Shown here piece after piece: positions 37,619 to 47,600 of a stretch of DNA of 64,000 nucleotides. Under the pieces are notes generated by a model that did not search any database, had not been told where the DNA came from, and was given only the letters and a program-made list of their open reading frames with translations. Each line of letters begins with the position of its first letter. The stretch's first letter is position 1. Source of the stretch: Kiritimatiellia bacterium (GTDB lineage Bacteria > Verrucomicrobiota > Kiritimatiellia > RFP12 > UBA1067); assembly GCA_017395505.1 (NCBI GenBank), contig JAFPUH010000005.1:11851-75850 (forward strand), read 5' to 3'. Made by a program: the position numbers and the translations under genes.

Positions 37619-37972
37619 TGGTGGAGGTGAGGGGAGTCGAACCCCTGTCCGAAACAGCTCTAGCCAAACTTCTACGCGTGTATTGCGCCATTGATCTCGG
37701 ACGCGGTACGCCGACGCACGGGCTTATCCGCATCCATCCGCTCGATTCGGCTCCCTTAAGCGGGCGAGCGGAGCTCCCTTAAGCGAGACCTGCTGAATGA
37801 TGTCTTGCCGCTTAGCAGGTGTCTGCGGTTCGACATCGCGGCCGTTATTTAGGCGGCGAGAGCATAATCGCTGTTCGCAATTATAGTTTGTTCCCGTTTT
37901 TTTACGTGGCCAACGAGAATCCACGACGCGCGATCTGACCTCGGCATATCCCGTCGAAACCGGATCACCCCC
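37619..37972 (-). ncRNA. ssrA: tmRNA; tag peptide ANSDYALAA* at 37878-37849
   Basis: 5' GGGGGTGATCCGGTTTCGAC; 3' GGGGTTCGACTCCCCTCACCTCCACCA tRNA-Ala-like end; ATAATT upstream of the resume codon GCG; TGGTATACT promoter just upstream. Confidence 0.96.
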
Positions 37973-38049
37973 ATCAGGGTTGTTGTTTCGTAGTATACCA
38001 TATTTTGCCCCTCGATGTATAGTGGCGCAATTTTTGATATAATACGCCT

Positions 38050-38976
38050 ATGATTGTAGCAATTTGTCTATTGGCGGCGGTCACGTTTGCGGAGAGCAAG
38101 ACTCTCGCCTTGCAGGTGTGCCTCGACCGCGAGGGGTATTCGTGCAACACGATCGACGGACAGTGGGGGCGCAAGTCGCAGTCCGCGCTGGAGAAATACT
38201 GCGCCGAACGCTCGCTTGCGGTTCCGGAAACGCCTGAAGAGGCGTATGATGCGCTTTTCTCCGGAAAGACGCCGCCCCTCTTTCGCGAAGACACCGTGAC
38301 ACAAGACGACATCGACGCGCTTGTCGACATGCCGGAAGATCCGGCCGCAAAGGCGCAGCTCGAAGTCATGGGCTACCAGACCATAAAGGAGATGTTCGCC
38401 GAGCGCGGCCACCTCAGCCGCAGGGCGCTGGAGAGGCTGAACCCAAAGGTGGATTTCGAGAACATCACGCCGGGGGTGAAGATAAGACTGCCGGATTTTC
38501 CGTCTATGGATGAAGAGCTCGCCGTATGGCCCAAGGACAGGCCGAACGCTCCGAAGCGTCCCGAGGCGGCGCAGGTCAGGGTGAGTCTGTCGCGTTTCGA
38601 GGTCGCGGCCTACGACAGGTCCGGGCGGATGATCGCGCTTTTCCCTTGCTCGATAGCGAAGAACAAGGCAAAGCTGCCGCCGCATGGAGAGCTGAAGATA
38701 GTGAACCAGATCGCAAGGCCGAACTACACCTACACGCCCGACTACACCCCGCCAGGCAAGAAGGTTTCGCGCTACATATGGCCGTCCGGCCCGAGGTGTC
38801 CTGTCGGAATGGCCTGGCTCGGGCTCGACATGCCTGGCTACGGAATGCACGGCACGCCGAAGCCGGAATCGATAGGCAACGCCGAGTCGCACGGATGCTT
38901 CCGGCTGGCGAACTGGAATGCGGCGAGGCTATATGCGCTTTGCCCTATCGGCACGCCTGTGATCGTCGAGCCTTGA
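38050..38976 (+). CDS. L,D-transpeptidase (YkuD) with N-terminal peptidoglycan-binding-like domain
   Basis: LQVCLDREGYSCNTIDGQWGRKSQSAL; GYGMHGT...SHGCFRLANW (HxxC catalytic motif). Confidence 0.88.
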   Translation: MIVAICLLAAVTFAESKTLALQVCLDREGYSCNTIDGQWGRKSQSALEKYCAERSLAVPETPEEAYDALFSGKTPPLFREDTVTQDDIDALVDMPEDPAAKAQLEVMGYQTIKEMFAERGHLSRRALERLNPKVDFENITPGVKIRLPDFPSMDEELAVWPKDRPNAPKRPEAAQVRVSLSRFEVAAYDRSGRMIALFPCSIAKNKAKLPPHGELKIVNQIARPNYTYTPDYTPPGKKVSRYIWPSGPRCPVGMAWLGLDMPGYGMHGTPKPESIGNAESHGCFRLANWNAARLYALCPIGTPVIVEP

Positions 38977-39012
38977 GTGCAGTAAAATGAGAATTTTGGT
39001 ATAATGCGCCAT

Positions 39013-42000
39013 ATGAAGATTGATTCCGAGGAGCGGTTTTTCACGAAGCTCGACTGGGCGGCGTTCTGGACGGCTACACTTCTGACTTTCGCCGTCTACT
39101 TCTTCACGCTTGGTCCGTCCGTCGGGCTTGAAGACTCCGGTGAGCTTGCCACGGCCGGGGCGCATCTTGGAGTGCCGCATCCGCCGGGGTATCCTTTCTG
39201 GACGCTCTGCAGCTGGATATTCTGCAAGCTGTTCTTCTGGGTCACATACATGGGCCATCCGACGCCGGCGTGGGCGATAAGCTGCTTTTCGGCGGTGGCC
39301 GGGGCCTTGGCAGCCGGCTGCACGGCCATGCTGATATGCAGGTCGGCGCACGATTTCGCGGGTGGCGACGGCGAAGGCTGCAGCGGGGTGCTTTCGTTCG
39401 GCGGCGCGGTGGCCGGTGCGCTGACGTTCGCGCTTTCGCCGGTCGAGTGGTCGCAGTCCACGATAGTCGAGATATATTCGCTCAACGCGCTGTTCCTGAT
39501 GTGGGTATTCCTGCTGTCCTACAGGTGGATGCGCAAGCCGTCCGACAAGATACTCTTCTTCACCGCGTTCGTGTTCGGGCTGGGGCTCACGAACTATCAG
39601 GTGCTGCTGTTCGCCATAGTGCCGCTGGCGATAATAATACTGATGACGAACATCGCGCTGTTCAGGGATGTCTTCATCTACCTCATACCGGTCGCGCTGA
39701 CCTATCAGGTGCTGCAGATCGGGCAGCTCGTTCGTGCGGACAGGTTCATGCAGTCGGATGCGATAAACAAGCATGTCGCGCTTGTTGCGACATCGACGTG
39801 TCCTTCGACGTTCTTCATAATACTCGGTCTCGTCGTACTCGTCGGCGCTCTCGTGGCGGCGGCGGTTCTGAGGGAACGCGGCGACGGCGCACGCGCGAAG
39901 AAGGCCGTGCTTTCGTTCGGCGGCGGCGGTGCGGCGGTGATATTGCTCTCGGCTTTCGTGTTCACCGGAAAGAACTCGTGGACGGGCATATTCGCGCCTG
40001 TCGCGCCGCTCATCGAGCCGTGGCGCTATGCGTTCATAGCCGCGCTCGTGGCGGGGTCGGTTGTCGCGGCGGTGCTTGCGGCGCTTGAGGACGCAGACCG
40101 CATAACCGAGCCGAAGGTGCTAAAGCCGCTCGGCGTCTCGGCGGCTCTCGCTCTGCTCGCCATACTTTTCGCGATCGCGGTGCCAGAGGCGGGAAGCGGC
40201 GGATACCTGGGCCCGAAGTATCCGTGGGCCAAGTCGATCACGGTGTTCTGGCTTCTCATGCTGACGCTCTTCGGGCTTTGCGGCATGACGAAGAAGGGGC
40301 TTTGCTTCGCGATACCTGTCGCCGGAATGCAGATTGCGGTGTTCGCGCTTCTCAGGAACGGCGCGATGAACGGGCTGACGCATCCGCAGAGCTGGTGGTT
40401 CGGCTGGCCGATCGCCTGGAACTTCGTGCTGCTCGCTCTCGCGTGGCTTACGCTGCCGCACGGCAGGAGCGTGGCGGGGGCGGCGTTCTTCGCGCAGCTC
40501 GGCGTCTCGTTCTACGCGTACATGCCCATCGTAAGCGATCTCCGCAATCCGCCGATGAACTGGGGCTACCCGAGAACTTGGGAGGGCTTCAAGCACGCCA
40601 TCATGCGCGGACAGTACGAGGCGATCGGCGTTCCGACGTTCACCGGCGCGGGGCAGTTCTTCGATTTCATCGGCAAGCAGATGGTTCACTACTTCGAGGA
40701 TGTGAAGGTCCAGTTCACGGATCTGCTGCTGCTGTTCGCGCCCGTGCCGTTCATCGCGGGCCACTGGGTGGTTCGCAAGGAGCACAAGAAGACGTTCTGG
40801 CAGTGGATGGGCGCGGCGGCGGCATGCTTCCTGATGATGAGCTTCCTGCTGATACTGCTCGCCAACGTGAAGGGCGACGTGCAGGACGGGTTCATCCAGA
40901 AGGTGAAGTTCATATCGTCGCACGCCATGATAGCGCTTTGGATCGGCTACGGCCTCGTCTTCGCCGGGGTGCTGCTTGTGCGCTTCCTGCCGTCTGCGAC
41001 GTGGCTGAGATTCGGGAAGTTCTCTTCGGAGTCCGTTACGCCGCGCCGAGTAGCGTATGCGTTTGCAGGGGTTTCGCTGCTCGTCGCGTTCATATATCCG
41101 ATAGTCCAGAACTACACGGATGACCGCATGGTGTTCGAGCTTGGCGGCTGCGAGCAGAACGGCCACACCTTCGGCTGGCAGTTCGGCGCGTACCAGCTTG
41201 ACGGCGCGAAGGCCATCAAGGACCAGCTCGTCGCGGACGAGGAGCCTCTGCCCGATCCGGACTGGCCGGAGGCGATGGAACCTTTCTCGATATTCTTCGG
41301 CGGAACCGATCCGGGCAGGTTCGTGCCGACATACATGATATATGCGGCGGACTACCGTCCCGACGTCTACCTCATAACGCAGAACGCGTTGGCTGACGAC
41401 ACCTACATGAGCGTCGAGCGCGACCTCTACGGCGACGAGATATGGATACCCTCCAAGGAGGACAGCGGCGAGGCCTTCAACATATACGTCGACGAGGTGC
41501 AGCGCGGCGTCAGGCCGGCGAACGGCGATCTCAGGATAGAGAACGGCAAGGTTCAGGTGACTGGCGCGCTGGGCGTGATGGAGATCAACGGCATACTGAC
41601 GAAGATGATGTTCGACCACGACAGGCTGAGGCATTCGTTCTACGTCGAGGAGAGCTACGTAATAAAGTGGATGTATCCATACCTTTCGCCGCACGGGCTG
41701 ATCATGAAGATCAACCGCGACGAGACTCCCTACGACGCGAGCACGGCGGCCAAGGATCAAGACTTCTGGGACTGGTACACGAGGCGGCTGCTGAAGGATC
41801 CGATGTACAGGCGAGACTTCGCCGGACAGAAGTCGTTCTCGAAGCTCAGGGCGGCGATCGCGGGGCTCTACGCCAACCAGGGTCGCCACGCCGAGGCGGC
41901 TCAGGCTTTCCGCGAGGCTTGCATGCTGTATCCGGCGTCGCCCGAGGCGGCGTTCAGGTATGCGCAGGAGTGTTTGCTGCCGTTCAAGAAGTGGGACATC

Positions 42001-42525
42001 GCGCTTGAGCTGATGGACTATACGGATCTGATCGATCCGCGCAACAAGAGGACGGCCACACTGCGCGATTTCGTGAAGCGCATACGCGAACTTGCGGCGC
42101 AGGTCGAGGTGCTCGAGATGAAACTGCGCAGGAATGGGAAACTCTCCACGCAGGAGACGTTCGCCCTGGCCCACGCATACTATGGCATGGGCCGCACGAT
42201 GGAGGCGGCTCAGCTTGTGCGTCCGCTGATAGACGAGACGTCTGAGCCGCTTGTGCTGAAGGTGATGTCCACCATGTTCATCGATGCGAGGCTCGACTCC
42301 GATGCCGAGCGCTGCCTCGAGAAGTATCTGAGGGCGTCGCCGAACAAGGACGCTCCTGCGTGGCTCGAGCTGGCGAAGCTTCAGCACCGCACCGGACGCA
42401 GACAGGCCGCGCAGAGGAGCTTCATGGCGGGCTACAGGCTGGAGCCGCAGATGGTTTTCGAGAAGCTGCAGCGCGATCAGGAGCTGTATGAGATAGCCAT
42501 ACCGCTGCTCAAGAGGCGACAATGA
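39013..42525 (+). CDS. DUF2723 / TMEM260-like GT-C membrane glycosyltransferase with C-terminal TPRs
   Basis: EDSGELATAGAHLGVPHPPGYP, QSTIVEIYSLN, GLGLTN, PPMNWGYPRTWEGF; start reassigned to ATG 39013, 7 nt after TGGTATAAT. Confidence 0.82.
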   Translation: MKIDSEERFFTKLDWAAFWTATLLTFAVYFFTLGPSVGLEDSGELATAGAHLGVPHPPGYPFWTLCSWIFCKLFFWVTYMGHPTPAWAISCFSAVAGALAAGCTAMLICRSAHDFAGGDGEGCSGVLSFGGAVAGALTFALSPVEWSQSTIVEIYSLNALFLMWVFLLSYRWMRKPSDKILFFTAFVFGLGLTNYQVLLFAIVPLAIIILMTNIALFRDVFIYLIPVALTYQVLQIGQLVRADRFMQSDAINKHVALVATSTCPSTFFIILGLVVLVGALVAAAVLRERGDGARAKKAVLSFGGGGAAVILLSAFVFTGKNSWTGIFAPVAPLIEPWRYAFIAALVAGSVVAAVLAALEDADRITEPKVLKPLGVSAALALLAILFAIAVPEAGSGGYLGPKYPWAKSITVFWLLMLTLFGLCGMTKKGLCFAIPVAGMQIAVFALLRNGAMNGLTHPQSWWFGWPIAWNFVLLALAWLTLPHGRSVAGAAFFAQLGVSFYAYMPIVSDLRNPPMNWGYPRTWEGFKHAIMRGQYEAIGVPTFTGAGQFFDFIGKQMVHYFEDVKVQFTDLLLLFAPVPFIAGHWVVRKEHKKTFWQWMGAAAACFLMMSFLLILLANVKGDVQDGFIQKVKFISSHAMIALWIGYGLVFAGVLLVRFLPSATWLRFGKFSSESVTPRRVAYAFAGVSLLVAFIYPIVQNYTDDRMVFELGGCEQNGHTFGWQFGAYQLDGAKAIKDQLVADEEPLPDPDWPEAMEPFSIFFGGTDPGRFVPTYMIYAADYRPDVYLITQNALADDTYMSVERDLYGDEIWIPSKEDSGEAFNIYVDEVQRGVRPANGDLRIENGKVQVTGALGVMEINGILTKMMFDHDRLRHSFYVEESYVIKWMYPYLSPHGLIMKINRDETPYDASTAAKDQDFWDWYTRRLLKDPMYRRDFAGQKSFSKLRAAIAGLYANQGRHAEAAQAFREACMLYPASPEAAFRYAQECLLPFKKWDIALELMDYTDLIDPRNKRTATLRDFVKRIRELAAQVEVLEMKLRRNGKLSTQETFALAHAYYGMGRTMEAAQLVRPLIDETSEPLVLKVMSTMFIDARLDSDAERCLEKYLRASPNKDAPAWLELAKLQHRTGRRQAAQRSFMAGYRLEPQMVFEKLQRDQELYEIAIPLLKRRQ

Positions 42526-43253
42526 AATACCAGTACTTCTATCAGACGAAGACCAACGAAAACAGGTCGGGCTGGATATCAGCCCGAAACCGCGAGTCGG
42601 CCTACACCATTCTGAGGAAGCAGGGCATACGGCCTTACAGGATAATAGGCGACGATCCTGTGAACTGGCGGCCGTGGGCGATCGGCGCTCTGATCGCGCT
42701 GCTCGCGGTATCGCTGGTCGTGGCCGTATTCGTGGCGGTCCGCGCCGGTGACGACAGGCGGCCCATGCCCAGAGGCCAGATCTACGGCGATGTATCGGTC
42801 ATAGCGTCGGGAGTGTTCTCCGATTGGGCGGACGTGCTGGAGAGTCCCCTCGACAGGTTTCTCGCCGCCTACGCCCAGCCCGGTTCTGCGGCGCTGCCGC
42901 CACTAATGTCAGCAGACGAAATCGCCTCGTTCGAGGCCGAGCTTCAGAACGGCGTGAAGTATGTCGACGGAGAGCCCACGGAGCATCGCCAGCTCAAGAA
43001 CATCGTCGCATTCCTTCGCGAAGAGATGAGGGAGCATCTGGCGTCCGGAGAGACCGTAGGGCAGTACATGGATTTTCTCGAGGAGCGTCAGCAGGGCGAG
43101 CGCGAGTTCCGCGACCATGCCGTGGAGAGCCTCGGCAAGGTGCCGGCGAGCCACCTGCACCAGGCGTGGCTCGGCGTGAACGCGAGGCTTCGCGAGCGTG
43201 GCATGGCGACGCTCGAGATGCCGCGGCAGCTTGGGGAGGAGGGCGACAGGTAG
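42522..43253 (+). CDS. Single-pass membrane protein of unknown function; N-terminus resembles the PilC/GspF N-terminal segment
   Basis: YQYFYQTKTNENRSGWISARNRESAYTILRKQGIRPYRI, then one TM; ATGA overlap with the upstream gene. Confidence 0.6.
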   Translation: MKYQYFYQTKTNENRSGWISARNRESAYTILRKQGIRPYRIIGDDPVNWRPWAIGALIALLAVSLVVAVFVAVRAGDDRRPMPRGQIYGDVSVIASGVFSDWADVLESPLDRFLAAYAQPGSAALPPLMSADEIASFEAELQNGVKYVDGEPTEHRQLKNIVAFLREEMREHLASGETVGQYMDFLEERQQGEREFRDHAVESLGKVPASHLHQAWLGVNARLRERGMATLEMPRQLGEEGDR

Positions 43254-43256
43254 GTT

Positions 43257-44660
43257 ATGGAGAACGCAATAGCCATAGTCGGCATGAGCTGCCGCTTCGC
43301 AGGTTGTGCGAACATATCCGCGTTCTGGGATGCCATAATGAAGCAGCGCTGCATGCTGACGCTGCCCGGACAGGACGTCGAGCTGCCTTTCGGGCAGCGC
43401 AACGTGTTCGAAAGGACGTATCCTACGCGGGTGGGCCAGCTCGGCGAACTGTATTCCTGCGTGCCCACGATGCAGAACTTTCCGCGACAGGTAAACGCCG
43501 GCGAGAACCAAGACCTCTATTTCGCGACTCAGCTTGCGTTCGACGCGCTGGCTGACGCTTCCATGCGCCCTCACGCGAGGGAGCATGTCAACGGATCGAT
43601 CCGCTTCGGCTATGCGCCGGCGTTCAACTCGTCGACGGTCAACTGGCTGCAGCACACGTTCGTGCTGGACCAGACGATCGACGTCATACGCAGGTTCTTC
43701 CCGACGGCGCGCGAGGATTCGTTGGAGGAGGTGAAGGCGAAGCTGCTCGAGTCGCTGCCTGCGCCGGATGCAGCGTCTTTCCTGCTCGGCACGGGGTACC
43801 GCTTTGCGTCGTGGCTGGCGCGCGAATGTTCGTTCGGCGGCGTTGCGACGATAATGGATGCGGGAGTGCTGACGGGTGCGGTGACGCTCATGGATGCCGC
43901 GAGCGACCTTCTTTCGCGCAAGGTCGATGTGGCGTTGGCCGGCGCGCTGACGCCGCCGCTGAGCCGCGCGTATCTGGAAGGGCTTTCTGGCGAGGTGGAC
44001 TTCACCGACAAGCCTGAGCTGCATCCGTTCTCCCAGGATTCGGACGGCACCATACCAGGGGAGGGCGGGGCGTTCTTCGTGCTCAAGCGCAGGGAAGACG
44101 CGCTCCGCGACCATGACAGGATATACGCCCTCATTCGGGCCGTGTCGGTCGGGCACAATCCGTCGGACGATCCGTCGGCGATCCTTTCGAAGGCGACGAT
44201 GGTTGCCGGAGTGCCGCCGAAGACCGTTGGCCTGATCGAAGCGGACGGCAACGGCATCTCAGCAGGGGAGCGGCGAGAGGTCGCGGCGATACAGAGGATA
44301 TGGGGCGAGCACAAGCCTGGCACTCCGCTCGTCGGCGTAGGATCGGTCAAGGGCAACATCGGGCACACGATGCGCGCGGCTATGGCGGCAGGCGTCGTAA
44401 AGGCCGCGCTCGCCCTGCACAAGAAGGTGCTGCCGCCGCAAGTCGCGACGGAGCGTCCCCTCGAAGCGATGTCGAACCTGTCGTCCAGCGTATACCTGCT
44501 GCGGCAGCCGAGGCCGTGGATAAAGGGCGAGGCGTCGAATCCAAGAAGGGCGGCCGTGCTCGGGGCGAACTTCGATCCCGTAAGGCCAATAGGCTCCGCA
44601 TCGCCGGGCGGACGTTCCGCAGTCGTGATACTTGAGGAAGAGCCGGAGGTCAGGGGATGA
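43257..44660 (+). CDS. Stand-alone PKS ketosynthase-fold protein, catalytically degenerate (CLF-like)
   Basis: AIAIVGMSCRFAG, PFSQDSDGTIPGEG, VLKRREDALRDHDRIYA, SVKGNIGH; DAGV in place of DAAC and EADG in place of EAHG. Confidence 0.85.
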   Translation: MENAIAIVGMSCRFAGCANISAFWDAIMKQRCMLTLPGQDVELPFGQRNVFERTYPTRVGQLGELYSCVPTMQNFPRQVNAGENQDLYFATQLAFDALADASMRPHAREHVNGSIRFGYAPAFNSSTVNWLQHTFVLDQTIDVIRRFFPTAREDSLEEVKAKLLESLPAPDAASFLLGTGYRFASWLARECSFGGVATIMDAGVLTGAVTLMDAASDLLSRKVDVALAGALTPPLSRAYLEGLSGEVDFTDKPELHPFSQDSDGTIPGEGGAFFVLKRREDALRDHDRIYALIRAVSVGHNPSDDPSAILSKATMVAGVPPKTVGLIEADGNGISAGERREVAAIQRIWGEHKPGTPLVGVGSVKGNIGHTMRAAMAAGVVKAALALHKKVLPPQVATERPLEAMSNLSSSVYLLRQPRPWIKGEASNPRRAAVLGANFDPVRPIGSASPGGRSAVVILEEEPEVRG

Positions 44661-47600
44661 GCGAACTTGTCATTGTCCGGGCTGAGGATACGAGGGCTCT
44701 GGTCTCCGAGATGGAGCGGATAGCCGGGTTTATCGACAGGGTGCCGACGGCATCGCTTCTCGACGTGGCCTACACGTGCGCGCTTTCGACAGGCGACTCT
44801 GTGATAGCATTTGTCGTCGACGGACTGCAAGACCTCCGCACGCGTCTAGGCTCGGCGATTACGAGGATAGGCGGCGGATCTCTCAAGCGGCTCAGGGACA
44901 AGAGCGGAACCTACTGGTACGGCAGCCATCTGCTGGGCGAAGGCGGCGGAAAGCTGGCTTTCGTCTTTCCGGGGGTGATGTCGTTCTACCCGGACATGAT
45001 GAGCGATCTTGCCATCAAGAGCGAGTCTTGCCGCAGCGCATTCGAAGAGCTTGAGGAGGCCATTGTGCATGAGGGGGCAGGCGATTTCACGCCCTCTAGC
45101 TTTGTGTTCCCTCCGGCGCCGTACTACAGGCATGACGCCGACATATTCAGCTCCGGCGCGTACGCCCAGGCACTGGTCGCGACGTATGCCGGATGCGAGG
45201 CCGTGGCGCGTGTGCTTGATGGTATGGGCCTCAAGCCGGACGGAGTCGTAGGCTTCGCCGGCGGAGATCTCGCCTCGGTCGTAAGGGCCGGAATGACGGG
45301 GCGCGACATCAAGAGGCATGACAGGATACGCTTTCTCAGGGAGATATACGACATCGTCGACAAGGCGGTTGACCACGCGGGACTGCCGAAGATGGCGATG
45401 GTTTCGCTGCTGCTGAGGCACGAGGGTGAGGCGGACGAGGTGCTGGCTTCATTCCCGGAAGGCAAGGTTACGCTCGCGATAGACCTTTCGCCAAGGCAGA
45501 AGACGTATGCGATAGAGAGCGATTTCGCCGAGGAGGCCATGCGAGCGTTTTCCGCAGCTGGCGTAAGGGCGATGAAGCTGGCTCTAGACAGGCCGTTCAA
45601 TACGCCGATGTGCTCGCGCCTCGTGCCGGCGATCAGGAAGCTGGCCGACGCGTGGATACGCAAAGATCCAGTCTGCCCAGTGTATTCGTGCGCGAACGCC
45701 GCAACGATGGAAGGCCGCCTCAAGAAGATAAGGGTTGCCGTCGCAGAACGGTGGGCGAGCCCAGTAAGGTTTGGCGAGACGGTCAGGCACATGTACGCTG
45801 ACGGCTACAAGGTATTCCTCGAGGTGGGGCCACGCGGGCTGATGACGACGGCGGTCGACGATGCGCTGCGCGATGTCGAGCATGCGGCGATAGCCACCAA
45901 CTCCATACACAGACGCGGAATACCGCAGATGCAGCATGCGCTTACGCAGCTGGCCGCTCTCGGCGCCAAGCTGGACATAGTGTCGTGGATGAAGCGTTAC
46001 GGTGCGAAGGAGCTGGATTTCGACTCGACTTTCGTCGCCGCCACGAGGCGTGAGACCGAGATGAAGCTTTCGCGCGAGTTTCCGAGACTGACGTTGCTTT
46101 CGGACGATACGCCGCTCAGTGTGGCAGCCGCTTTCTCGGAGCCGAAGGGTCGTGGCGCAAAGGCGGCGGCGAGAGCTGCGGCTGTCGCGGCGCAGGCGAG
46201 GAAGCTGAGGCAGTTCGACTTCGGGGCGCTGAATCCGCTGGTGTCCGACGCCGATACGCTGAACCACAGCCCTGGGGTGTCCATCGAGCTGAAGAAGCGC
46301 TTCAGCGTGAAGGAGGCGCCGTTCATAGGCGACTTTGCGCTCGGCGGCACGCAGCTTTCGTATTCCGAGCCGACGCTTAAGGGTCTGATGCAGATGACGA
46401 TGCCTCTCGCGGCCGAGATAATGGGCGAGACGGCTTTGATGCTTGTGCCGAACAGGACTCTCGTTGCCATCGAGGATCTGTCCTGCAGACGGTCGGTCGC
46501 GTTCGAGGATGGAGCGCTCACCGTTCTCATACGCGCGGAGAGGGTCGCATCTAGCAGTCCGGAGCTCGCGGCGGTAAAGGTACAGTTGAGGGACGATTCG
46601 CCCGGAAGCGCCTATACCTGGCCTGTCATGGAGGCTACATTCGTGCTGGCGAAGGCTCTGCCGGAGCCGCAGCCCGTGACTGTGGTGCCGCAGTTCAAGC
46701 CGAGGACGGTGCACTGGTCAGGACGCGACATATATCCGTCGAGACTTTCCTGCGGACACAGGTTGCGCGGCATAACGTTCGCCGAGACGTGGAGCGAAAC
46801 TGGAATCGACTACGAGGTTGAGGTTCCGCAGCTTTCGGGGTGCGTCACATACACTCGCTTCCCGCTCTGGGTCGTCAATCCGCTGCTACTTGCGATAATC
46901 GTGAGCGGCTATTCGCTATGGCACAGCCATGAGAGGTTCTCCCGCTGGATAGGCAACGAGAGGATGGACGACGCCTATTCGTCGCCTTTCAGGATGCGCA
47001 GGCTCGACATCATCGCGCCAATCCCGAAGGAGGGCTCGAAGATCAAGTGCTACCTGCGTCTTACCGGCGTTACGCCGAAGAGCCACCTTTGCGACATAAC
47101 GGTGTCCGACGGCGACGGCGGCGCGCTGGCCGTCATAAGTGGATGGGAGGAGCGGGTCGAGCATGTGAGGCGCGAGTATCGCGATCTGATAATGCAGCCG
47201 GCTACGAGCTTCATAACGAAGCCGGTGTCGGCAGAACAGCTTGGCAATCCGTCGCTCGACGTGTCTTCTGCGTTCGTCACCGACGTTCCGTATCCTGTGT
47301 TCGAGCGGGACGACGAGGTTTGGCTGCAGACGTTTTCGCATATCGTGCTAGGGGCGAAGGAGCGCAAGGACTTCCGTCTGATGCCTGGCTCGACGGCGCG
47401 CCGGACGGAGTGGCTGTTCGGAAGGATCGCCGTAAAGGAGGCTGTGCGCAGGTTCCTGAAGGACTACTATCAGGCTAGATGGAGTGATGCGGATGTCACG
47501 ATATTCGCAGACGGCATGGGCAAGCCGTATGCGGTCGGCGCATGGATGGACCAGCTGCCGGTAAAGCTAGACATAGCCATCGCCCACACTTCGCAGTTCG

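Noticed and set aside
22612-37640. Genomic island integrated at the ssrA 3' end
   Set aside because: The ssrA 3' end faces the AT-richer region, but I found no duplicated ssrA 3' segment (att) and no integrase in the window.
37750-37785. 13-bp direct repeat GCTCCCTTAAGCG inside ssrA
   Set aside because: Explained by tmRNA pseudoknot pairing (self-complementary CTTAAG; CCGCTCG/CGAGCGG).
40120-42522. 800-aa antisense ORF, and similar long shadow ORFs (e.g. 57445-58713, 61540-62970, 12663-13787)
   Set aside because: They lie opposite well-supported genes, carry no recognisable motifs, and are expected from GC-rich codon bias.
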